Source: Octopus bimaculoides
Taxonomy: Eukaryota
Reading direction: 5' to 3'
DNA: 64,000 bases
Assembly (NCBI RefSeq): GCF_001194135.2
Contig: NC_068981.1
Location: 54,122,250 to 54,186,249, forward strand
The translations under genes and the position numbers were made by a program. Below are positions 25,954 through 36,120 of the stretch, one piece after another. Numbering within the stretch: the stretch's first letter is position 1; each line of letters opens with the position of its first letter. The notes beneath the pieces are model-generated. The model saw only the letters and a program-made list of their open reading frames with translations, had not been told where the DNA came from and did no database searches.

Positions 25954-27123
25954 TTGAAAACACTAAGTGCTTGTAGAAAGCACGCGTTGCTCATTTCCCC
26001 GTTGGGGGAAAGAATGTCGTCTAGCGAGAGGCCTACCGTTGGAACAGAAATGTCTGTTTTTCCTGTTGAAGCGAAGAATTGCATGTTGTCTGGCGAGGAG
26101 CCAACTACGAGCAAAGAAATAATGGATTCCCCCGAAAAAGGAATTTTTGATTCCCCCGTTGCAAAAAAGTATAACAAAATGTATGAGTTGTTTGGAGATG
26201 TGTCTGAAAGCTCGTCAGAACTTTCACTAGAGGAATTCCCGAGTTTGCCAAAAAACAAAAATATTGTGTCCAAAAGAATAATTGATGCTCCTAGCATCCA
26301 GACTGAGCAGCCAAAAAAGGGGGGAAAAAAAAAGTTTTGCGTTGGCAGCTGGGGGTGGAACCCGGCTGCTTTCGACGAACAAATGTGGTTTTATGAAATA
26401 CAATGAAATGATGCAAATAAATGATAACGTGGTTAAAATACAACCACCGGAGCAATTACTACGAGAAGAAAAACAAAAAACAATAATATTAAAACTTACT
26501 ATTTGCAAAAAAGAAAAATTGAAAGAATTACAGAAGAGAATATAGAGAAGTGCCTGAAGCCAATTTGGAGCGACGTAGTTTATCTGACAAGAGGCAGGAA
26601 GTTTGGTACGGCGGAAGTAAGGTTTACCAACAAAGAAATAGCACAAAAACATTCAGTAGAAACGCTGAAAACGGACGACGTGGCACTCATCCCCATAAAG
26701 GTGGGGATGAGAACGTCCAGAATTAAAATCACAAGGGTCCCACCGGAAGTGGATCCTATGTGATTGGTGGCGGCAGTCCTAATCAGACAGGAAGAGATAA
26801 TTACCCTCCTCCAGGCTGCCGCTATCGAAAACGCTAACTGGACTGGTCAAACAGTTAGTCTCCTCATCCAGGCTGACCCTAAAATAATTGAAGCAATTCC
26901 AGAGACAATTGAGATAGGGGAGGAGACCCTCGTGGTGTTTGTTGAGGGCCGAAAACCCCGATGTTTTTTGTGCGGCCAATTAGGCCACATTCGAAGGAAC
27001 TGCAAGGAAAATGAGGAAGAAGAAAAAGATGAGAAGAAAACAACAAACAAAAGAAAAATGCAATTCAACCGAGAGCGGCGACTACTACAGAACAACGACC
27101 AAAAAAGACTGCTAGAAGTGTAA
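25954..27123 (+). pseudogene. Tx1 ORF1 (gag-like; RRM-like region and CCHC zinc knuckle), disrupted
   Basis: Track ORFs 25954-26406, 26282-26545, 26503-26763 and 26764-27123 join through two frameshifts and one TGA; contains CFLCGQLGHIRRNC (CX2CX4HX4C). Confidence 0.85.
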
Positions 27124-27234
27124 AAAAGAGGAAAAAGGCATAATAGCTGTATACACTAAAGATACTGAGCTAATGAGAAACATTCAATTAATTAAGTAAA
27201 AAAAAAACATAGATAACCTTTCGGAGAAATATAA

Positions 27235-29265
27235 CAATTAGGACCATCACTCTGTTAAACGTAGAAGTGAAGATTTTGGCCAAGGTCTTAGCGAAAAGGT
27301 TGGCGCGTGTCGCGAATGGTATAGTTGGGGAGGCACAGACATGTGCCATCCCAGGCAGCACCATTCAGGATACCCTCCATCTTATTTGCTATACTATTGA
27401 GAGGGTTGGTTATAAATCTGGCAAAGGTGAGGCATTGGTACATTTGGACCTGTCTAAAGCTTTTGATAGGGTTGACCATCGATACCTGGCGACTGCTTGT
27501 GCGGTTTGGCCTTGGCCTTGGCTGCATCAGGTAGTTTATCGCTTTGTACCACAACATTGACACGATAGTTGAGGTGAAATGTTTCTTTTCGAAGCCGCTC
27601 TCACCACTTTTGTATGTGGTGACTCTCGAGCCCCTACTGCGAAGGTTTAGTGGTATCCCGAGAGAACCAGGTCTAGAGGAGTTTGTTACGGCTTACGCGG
27701 ATGATATCACTATCAGCGTAACCTCAGTAGCACGCCTACGTGAACTGGGTAAGACTATTGAGGTTTACGAGGAGGTGGAAGGAGCAAAGATTAATCGGGA
27801 AAAGTCGGTCGGCTTGCAGATCGGCACCTGGGTTGGCAAGTCAATGTCTTCAGACAGCGTTGTTAGGCGCTGGACGGAGGGACCGGTTAAGTTGCTGGGA
27901 GTTTGGTTTGGACCAGGCCTCCAGATAGAGAAGAGTTGGACGGAGGTATAGAGCAGGGTGGCTGCAGTAGTCAAGACCTGGTCTTGGCGGTGGTTATCGT
28001 TGAAAAGGTGGGCGGAGGTGGCCAATGTGTTTATCGCATCGGTCATTACCTNNNNNNNNNNNNNNNNNNNNNNNNNNNNNNNNNNNNNNNNNNNNNNNNN
28101 NNNNNNNNNNNNNNNNNNNNNNNNNNNNNNNNNNNNNNNNNNNNNNNNNNNNNNNNNNNNNNNNNNNNNNNNNNNNNNNNNNNNNNNNNNNNNNNNNNNN
28201 NNNNNNNNNNNNNNNNNNNNNNNNNNNNNNNNNNNNNNNNNNNNNNNNNNNNNNNNNNNNNNNNNNNNNNNNNNNNNNNNNNNNNNNNNNNNNNNNNNNN
28301 NNNNNNNNNNNNNNNNNNNNNNNNNNNNNNNNNNNNNNNNNNNNNNNNNNNNNNNNNNNNNNNNNNNNNNNNNNNNNNNNNNNNNNNNNNNNNNNNNNNN
28401 NNNNNNNNNNNNNNNNNNNNNNNNNNNNNNNNNNNNNNNNNNNNNNNNNNNNNNNNNNNNNNNNNNNNNNNNNNNNNNNNNNNNNNNNNNNNNNNNNNNN
28501 NNNNNNNNNNNNNNNNNNNNNNNNNNNNNNNNNNNNNNNNNNNNNNNNNNNNNNNNNNNNNNNNNNNNNNNNNNNNNNNNNNNNNNNNNNNNNNNNNNNN
28601 NNNNNNNNNNNNNNNNNNNNNNNNNNNNNNNNNNNNNNNNNNNNNNNNNNNNNNNNNNNNNNNNNNNNNNNNNNNNNNNNNNNNNNNNNNNNNNNNNNNN
28701 NNNNNNNNNNNNNNNNNNNNNNNNNNNNNNNNGCCTTGCCTGTTTGGGATAAGCTTGCAAGACGCAGTAAGCATCAGTAGCCGACCTGCCCGAGATGCGG
28801 GGTGGGGGGGGGAGATAGGGAAACCGTCCCTCACGCTATTGTTCAGTGTCCGCAGATATCTGAAATGTAGGCTTATACTAAACACCTGTTGTCCGGCGAA
28901 GGAAGAGTACGGCTGTCGACTGAGTCAATTACAAAAATTGACCCACCGGGAGTTTTAACAAACGAAGGTAAGAATTGTTTTCTCACGGTTATAGCAATAA
29001 CGAAAGAGACAGTATGGAAGACTAGGACAAAAGGAATTAAGACAGGCAACTCTATCTCTGGCCACAACTTACGATCATTTTTTTACTTTTCATTTGAAAA
29101 GGAAGGTGCGGCTGGAGACGAGATGTCTGTCGGAGTGTACGTTCCAAAAGAGATGGAAGCATATTGCACGAGTGTTGTGCGTGAAAGGAACCGTGTGAAT
29201 AGACGGGAAAAAAAGAAGGTGCCAGCGATAGATCGGGTCTTGTGTGGTCGGAGCGTGGCCTGATC
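27235..29265 (+). pseudogene. Tx1 ORF2 reverse transcriptase and C-terminus, disrupted
   Basis: ITLLNVEVKILAKVLAKRL, LDLSKAFDRVDH, AYADDIT, KINREKS. The QGCP motif is deleted relative to copy 2. Confidence 0.88.
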
Positions 29266-29320
29266 ATCGCTTCATTTGTATTGTCCTTGTATTGTTAATT
29301 TCATCCGATTTTTTATATAT

Positions 29321-29534
29321 ACTCTCTTTTACTCTCTTTTACTTGTTTCAGTCATTTGACTGCGGACATGCTGGAGCACCGCCTTTAGTCGAGCAAATCG
29401 ACCCCGGGACTTATTCTTTGTAAGCCTAGTACTTATTCTATCGGTCTCTTTTGCCGAACCGCTAAGTGACGGGGACATAAACACACCAGCATCGTTTGTC
29501 AAGCGATGCTAGGGGGACAAACACAGACACACAA

Positions 29535-29565
<31 letters not shown>

Positions 29566-29722
29566 TACATATATACGACGGGCTTCTTTCAGTTTCCGTC
29601 TACTAAATCCACTCACAAGGCTTTGGTCGGCCCGAGGCTATAGTAGAAGATATTTGTCCAAGATGCCACGCAGTGGGACTGAAACCGGAACCATGTGGTT
29701 GGTAAGCAAGCTACTTACCACA
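29321..29722 (-). mobile_element. tRNA-derived SINE family 2 (head TGTGGTAAGTAGCTTGC; internal CA/TA repeat), inserted in the Tx1 3' UTR
   Basis: Minus strand GGTTCCGGTTTCAGTCCCACTGCGTGGCATCTTGGACAAA...; (AAAAGAGAGT)n tail; absent at the matching position of Tx1 copy 2. Confidence 0.85.
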
Positions 29723-29809
29723 TTTTATGTAAAATCATACCAATTTACTGATCCCATCAGTTGTTCTGTCCATTTCTATGTTTAGACCCCGGTGGGCAAT
29801 AAAGAAATT

Positions 29810-29974
29810 GGTATTTCTTCTGTCGTTACGTTCTCAGTTCAAATTCCGCCGATGTCGACTTTGCCTTTCATCCTTTCGGGTTCGATAAATTAAGTACCAG
29901 TTGCGTACTGGGTCGATCTAATCGACTGGCCCCCTCCCCCAAAATTTCGGGCTTTGTGCCTAGAGTAGAAAAGA
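29810..29974 (+). mobile_element. SINE family 1, 3' half
   Basis: GGTATTTCTTCTGTCGTTACGTTCTCAGTTCAAATTCCGCCG...GTGCCTAGAGTAGAAAAGA; continues where 25780-25838 stops. Confidence 0.85.
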
Positions 29975-30321
29975 AGATATATGTAGGATAAATTCTATTA
30001 CGGATGATAATATTTAAAAAATGCTTAAGATTATTAAAATCAGGAACCCAGTATATTTCTAGTGTACACACGAAATGCACCACATAATTATTCACTCAGC
30101 AATTTATTCATTTGTATTGATTCATAATTTTCATTTTCTTATGAGATAATTTTATGTTTATCGAATGGTTTACATCAACGGAAATACACGCCACTGCTAT
30201 ATAACATGATTTGTATAAGTGCTGAATTCTTTTCATTAAATTATACCCTTCACGTGTCTCGTCTTTCTGTGCTGCCAACGCACACAAATATCTAATTTTA
30301 TTGATATAGTTGAATGCCGAT

Positions 30322-30323
<2 letters not shown>

Positions 30324-30415
<92 letters not shown>
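30324..30415. repeat. (GT)n microsatellite
   Basis: Seen directly. Confidence 0.95.
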
Positions 30416-31290
30416 ATTTACTTGTGTATGTGTTTGGATGTGTGCTTGTGTATGTGTGTGTGCATGCACGCGCTGTATATTGGATGAGTTCAACTTACAA
30501 GGTATATACGAACTTCCAACACGGACATACACTTATATATACTTGCATATATACTTACCTAAGTACGAAATCACACAGGTAGACGCAATGTGTATGATAC
30601 TATCCTACATGTCTTATTGTAAGCTGAATTCATTCATTATCTTGTATATTCGTATCATTTATAATCGCCTTGATCGTAGTCTTATAGACTTCATGCTTGT
30701 CCATCCGTCTGGCAACCATCTCTTCAAACCGTCACATCTAAACAGATTATCATGAAATTCAACCCGAGCACTCAAGAGACAACCTGTAGTGTTCTTAAGT
30801 GCATCTTAACATTTGTCATTTTTTTTTTACGATTACTTCTAGATTTATTACATCGTTTCTTACATGTTTCCTCCCTTAGATTTAAAAAACCCAAACGCTG
30901 CTCAATTTCAGTTAATTTTCCCTTTTTTTAACTAGTTTTTTTCCTTCCTCTCAATCTTACCTTAATCTTCCCAATATAATTTTCGCCATGTTTATACTAT
31001 GTGTGCACTGGGAAGTATGTGTATATGTATGTGTGTACGTGCGTGTGTATACGTACGTATTTGTATGTTAAAAGCGAGTGATAATATTTGTGTGAGCCTG
31101 TGTATTTATGTGTGTGTGTGTGTGTTTGGGGGAGCGTATGTATGTATATATGTGTATGCATAAGAGTATATAACAATATAGATGCATGAGCGCGTACTTA
31201 ATGTTGAGTTTCAGAGTTCAAATATTTTGATATACTTCATGCATTTCTTTAGTGAGGTCATTCAGATAATATCTGGATGACCATCAGCTT

Positions 31291-31603
31291 TGTCACCGTC
31301 GTCATCTTCGTCATCGTCCTGGATGCCTTCGTTGTCTTCTGTCACCGTCGTCATCTTCGTCGTCGTCCTGGATGTCTTCGTTGTCTTCTGTCACCGTCGT
31401 CATCTTCGTCGTCGTCCTGGATGTCTTCGTTGTCGNNNNNNNNNNNNNNNNNNNNNNNNTGTCACCGTCGTCATCTTCGTCGTCGTCCTGGATGTCTTCG
31501 TTGTCTTCTGTCACCGTCGTCATCTTCGTCGTCGTCCTGGATGTCTTCGTTGTCTTCTGTCACCGTCGTCATCTTCGTCGTCGTCCTGGATGTCTTCGTT
31601 GTC
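31291..31603. repeat. 49-bp minisatellite, at least 6 units, with an N gap inside
   Basis: Unit TGTCACCGTCGTCATCTTCGTCGTCGTCCTGGATGTCTTCGTTGTCTTC starts at 31291, 31340, 31389, 31460, 31509 and 31558. Confidence 0.95.
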
Positions 31604-31906
31604 GTTACCCGTCATTGTCGTCGTCATTCTTGTCATGATTATCTTCATAATCATCGCCATAGTGGTCATGGTCTTAGTTGTCCGTCGTGGTAATCGTAAT
31701 CTCTTTACTACAATTATTGGGAAAAGGTTAACAAAGTTCTAATATTGTCATAATCGGGACTGTCTTCAGAAAAGTAATCTTCTATCATTCCAGATGTACA
31801 TTTTAGAGTTGTCTTCTGGCCATAAAATTATTGTACCTTACTGATCTTAATGTCACTTTTCTTTCTTGACAAGCTGAACTCTTTATAAATCTAAACTATC
31901 ATTTAT

Positions 31907-32119
31907 TCTTTTCTACTCCAGGCACAAGGCCCGAAATTTTGGGGGAGGGGGCCAGTCGATTAGATCGGCCCCAGTACGTAACTGGTACTTAGTTTATCAA
32001 CCTCAAAAGGATGAAAGGCAACGTCGACCTCAGCGGAATTTGAACTCAGAACGTAAAGACAGACGAAATACCACTAAGCATTTCACCCGGCCTACTAACG
32101 TTTCTGCCAGATCGCCGCC
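31907..32119 (-). mobile_element. SINE family 1 copy, full length
   Basis: Similar along its length; GGCGGCGATCTGGCAGAAACGTTAG head on the minus strand. Confidence 0.9.
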
Positions 32120-32524
32120 TTAATTATTCAGGAAATATAGTTGGTTTTGCTACAGAGGGATGATATAAGATTTTCTGCGTATTAGCTATTGGTCGGGCCA
32201 TGTGCTAAAGTTTCGTACAATCTTTTATTATCATTTTCTAAGAAAAACAGAATTTCAAAAGTATGTGACAATTATATTTTTGACAACTATGACTATTTTG
32301 TTACAACATTAATTCTTCAAATATACCTTGACAACACTACTGTATCATATCCTCATTTTTTCAATGATTTAATTTTTATCAAAGCTTAAAAGATATGTAA
32401 ATAGACAGCCTGTTTTTTTGCTTGGCAAATGTTTCTACAACTGTTACATCAATTTAACCAGCTGATTTATAGAAGATTCAGCTCATGAAGGTTTTGACTA
32501 TGAAATAGCTTACCTTTATAGCGG

Positions 32525-32672
32525 AGGGACGAAAGAGTACACCAGGGGGTCGCCACCAACCCCTGTCGGAGCCTCGCTCAATAAACACACACAACGCCCG
32601 GTCAGGGAATCGAAACCGCGATCCTCCGACCGCGAGTCCGCAGCCCTAACCACTGGGCCATTGCGCCTCCAC
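32525..32672 (-). mobile_element. tRNA(Arg)-like SINE family 3, head with internal deletion
   Basis: GGAGGCGCAATGGCCCAGTGGTTAGGGCTGCGGACTCGCGGTC...GGTTTCGATTCCC (A and B boxes). Confidence 0.8.
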
Positions 32673-32674
32673 AT

Positions 32675-34247
32675 TGCTTTTCAATACGCTTTTACTTCAT
32701 TTAGAACTGCTTTGTCTATATATAATAGATCATGTGTTCCTCTAGCCTTCTTTCTGCATCCTTCTTGTTCTTCTGGCAGTAAATTCTGGTTGTCAAGATG
32801 CTCGTAAATATTTTCTGAAAGCATTCCTCTTAACAGCTTCCACACTAATGGTAAGTAAGTGATTGGTCTATAGTTAATAGCTGTATTAACCTTGCTCTTA
32901 TCTTTCACTCTGAGTATTGCCCTTCATCCAGTCATCCAGTCTGGTATTATTCCGCCATGAAAGCAATCCTGAATTTATTCCCTCAGCCTCCCATGTAAAC
33001 TACCGAATTTCTTTAGACAGTACCCTTGAACTAAATCTGGTCCAGGGCTCTTCCAATTCGGAATTTTCCTAACACTTTACTCATTAATGCACTGGCTAGT
33101 CTTAGATCTGGCTGCTTCTCACTCACTACTTCTTCCCTCACTTTCTTTAACCATACTGCGTCTCCATTATGATTGACTGGCTTATCCCAAATATTACTCC
33201 AGAATTTTCTAGCTTCTTCTGCATTAGATTTCTTATCGTCAGTACTTCGTTCTCCACTATTTATTTGGTTATAAAATCTCCTATGGTCTATCTCAAATAA
33301 TATATTCTGTTGATACTGGCTTATTCTTTTCTGATATCTAGAGAGCTTGCCTGCTACTGCTATGACACGCCGTTTCAACTCTTCTATTACTGTCCCAAAT
33401 CCTTTCTCTTAGACTAAGTATCTTTTCTGAAGGGTAGATTTGCATCTTGTGTTTCCTAAATTGTTCCGTTTCCAGGCTTCTGTTCTACTCAGATCTTGTC
33501 TTAAAGTCTTCACTTTATTTTTTAGTCTCCTTTTCCACATTTGCTCTTTCTTAATCTTTCTCTGTGAGATCAATGAGTTAGTGTCTCCTATATTTTTAGT
33601 ATCTATCCCACTGATAACAGAATCTATTTTCCTAATCATATCTAGCAGCTTCCTTCTGTTGGTGCATTTCAATGCTGGCAATCGTTTTCTTATTTCTTTA
33701 CTCATTACTTCCTGTAACTCATCTAAAATCTTCTGATCTTCCTCACTTAAATCACTTAAGTCACTGGTGCCAGCTGTCCTTTCTTTATTGGTAGGGCTAT
33801 TATTATTTTTTCATTTAGGATCTTCTTTGGCTTGAGCTGTATCACTTATGTTGTTGTTTGTCTTTCCTACTGCCTGGTCTTTCTTCTCCAGTTCTCTTGT
33901 GATCTCCTCTACCTCCAATTCTGTAATCTACTTTCTTATCCTAATAGCATTAGCTTGATCAACTAATCTCTACTCGAAGTGTTAACATCCGTTTTCTATA
34001 GCCCCTTCTTTTAAGTTCACTTTCTAAGTAGCACTGCATCACTATCCTGTTTTCTTCGCTGGTCCTCTTCCTCCTCCTTGCTGTATTATCTGCTGATGCT
34101 GTAGTAGGGTAACATCCGTGGTCAGTCCACATCTTTACTGAACCACTGCCAAGCGAGATGCCTTCGCTTAAAGGTGCATCTTCATTTTCGCTGTTACAAT
34201 CAGAGTTTCTTCGGAAACTCCTGTCTCTCATAAACTGAGGTAAGGTA

Positions 34248-34248
<1 letters not shown>
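32675..34248 (-). mobile_element. R4/Dong-like LINE, 5' portion (N-terminal ORF through early RT), disrupted
   Basis: RRRKRTSEENRIVMQCYLES..RGYRKRML, WKRRLKNK, RYQKRISQYQQN..FE.DHRRFY, KFWSNIW, WKSPGPD, NYRPITYLP..WKLL, LLPEEQEGCRKKARGTHDLLYIDKAVL. Confidence 0.9.

Positions 34249-34300
<52 letters not shown>
34249..34300. repeat. (TTA)n microsatellite abutting the R4/Dong 5' end
   Basis: Seen directly. Confidence 0.95.
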
Positions 34301-34301
<1 letters not shown>

Positions 34302-35907
34302 ACTATTATTATTGTCGTTGTTGTTATTTAACATATTCAGCTTGTTGCTCTTGGTGCCATTACTGTGCCAGCTGTTCATTTCCCGTGAAGTAAGGTGGTA
34401 TTTTCATTTCAAGCCTCGAGGACTTTGCTGAAACTCTGGAGCAAATTAAGTTTCCATCGGGCCAAAAGAGCTAAATTTCTCTCTCCATCTATTATCCCAC
34501 ATTTCTTATTTACATCCAGTAATTTAGCTTCACAAAAAAGAGACACATTATTGTTTTTATAAAACATTTCGATATCATTTTAATGAATTAATTTCACATT
34601 TGAAAATAGTATTTGTTCTACTTGTGCGACGCTATTGTAAATCAGCAAATAGTTTTAGCTCTATATGTCCTTCAGGTTAGAGATTTCGATTTCGTTTCAG
34701 AAATAAGGCAAGTACGGGGCATTGATAAGTAGCAAAATACTGCGAAATATCAGTATCTATCGCTCTCGTTCACTTCCGGGGCGGTTCCACAGACGAAAAA
34801 CTGCAGCTTCTGGCGTTTGAAGAACACACGTACATTAAGTATAGGATGATGATAATGTTTGCATAATTGAGCTACTTCAAACACATAATTTGAAATTGAA
34901 ATTAAATATCTATTTGAAATCTTGATCTTTCGTTTATTTATCATAAATCAAAGCAATCCTCTTCTGACTTATTAAAAACAGTTTGGTTTTGAAAGCACTT
35001 GTATTTTCATTTATATTTTTATGTGAATATTCTAGCTATCTTCTGTTTTCCATTTAATTAGTGGCGTTCATTATAGTTTTTCATTTGGTAGTACCAATCC
35101 ATCACCTATAATTCTACCTTATTAATCTGTTACAGTAAAGAACTTGTTTTAAAACGACTGTTTTTCTTTGGTATTTTTTAAATTAGACTCTCACTTATGT
35201 CAAGCTCTTAAAAATGAAATCAGTGTTCCTCAACCTTTTTCTTCCACACCTACTTCGATTTTCCACACAAAAACGTGCTCCCTACATTGAGTGGACAAAG
35301 TTAATGTATAGCATATATTACATTCAAAAGATTTAATTAAAACTTTTTTATGGCAAGTTTCAATCTCTTGTTATTTACTTACGTCCTATTCTGAAGTAAC
35401 CCACAAGCCACCGATATATTGCCACGCCCTACCTTGACAAACACTGAATTAGATAGTGTCATCTATTTTCTGACTCGTTCAGCTACGTAAAATGTCCATT
35501 CTGTCTATTCTATTCCATTCTATTTTTATTCTATTCTATGATTCTATGTCGTGGGAATTTTATATTGTTAGGATATATTCTTTGCTTAATTTTGTACTTT
35601 TAGGAACTAAATTAATGCTACTTAATAAAAAAAATTTTTCGATTAATATCAGTTGAAAATAGCAAGTTGCGGCCTTTCTACACGAGCTCTGTATTATTTG
35701 GTATAATGGGCAGTAATAGAGATGTTGTAATTCTTTACTGATTAATAAAAGGAAGTAACAGAAATCTTTTTTTTTATTGAAGTGGTTTCAGACGAAATTT
35801 TTTCTCGCTATTTATTGCTTGCTTCATTGTTTGCAATAAAGAGTCGAGTTACGGAATGTAGAGAGATATTAACATATCAGTTAATAACTATCTCTAGTTA
35901 ATATTAA

Positions 35908-36120
35908 TCCTTTCTATTATAGGCATAAGGTCTGAAATTCGTGAGGAGGAGGAAAGTCGATTATATTGACCCCAGTACGCAACTGGTACTTAATTTATCG
36001 ACCCTGAAAAGATGAAAGGCAAAGTCGACCTCGGTGGAATTTGAACTCAGAACGTAAAGTCGGACAAAATACTGTTAAGCATTTTGCCCGACGTGCTAAC
36101 GAATCTGCCAGCTCACCGCC
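35908..36120 (-). mobile_element. SINE family 1 copy, full length
   Basis: Similar along its length. Confidence 0.88.

Larger units (their letters stand above)
25839..29809 (+). mobile_element. Tx1/L1-clade non-LTR retrotransposon, copy 1 (ORF1, APE-deleted ORF2, 3' UTR), inactive
   Basis: ORF1 pieces and RT pieces (below), C-terminal CPRCG..PSLTLLFS region, 3' UTR ending GGGCAATAAAGAAAT. Assembly gap at 28052-28732. Confidence 0.88.

Noticed and set aside
27765-28958. Long ORFs containing X runs, also at 40487-41247 and 47279-47705
   Set aside because: They span assembly gaps.
31291-31603. Regular repeat array as a possible CRISPR or a repeat-protein exon
   Set aside because: No spacers, eukaryotic context, and a 49-bp period that does not keep frame.
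32560-32672. tRNA-Arg-like sequence, also at 52800-52869
   Set aside because: No acceptor stem or proper 3' end; it continues into a repeated SINE body, so it is not a tRNA gene.
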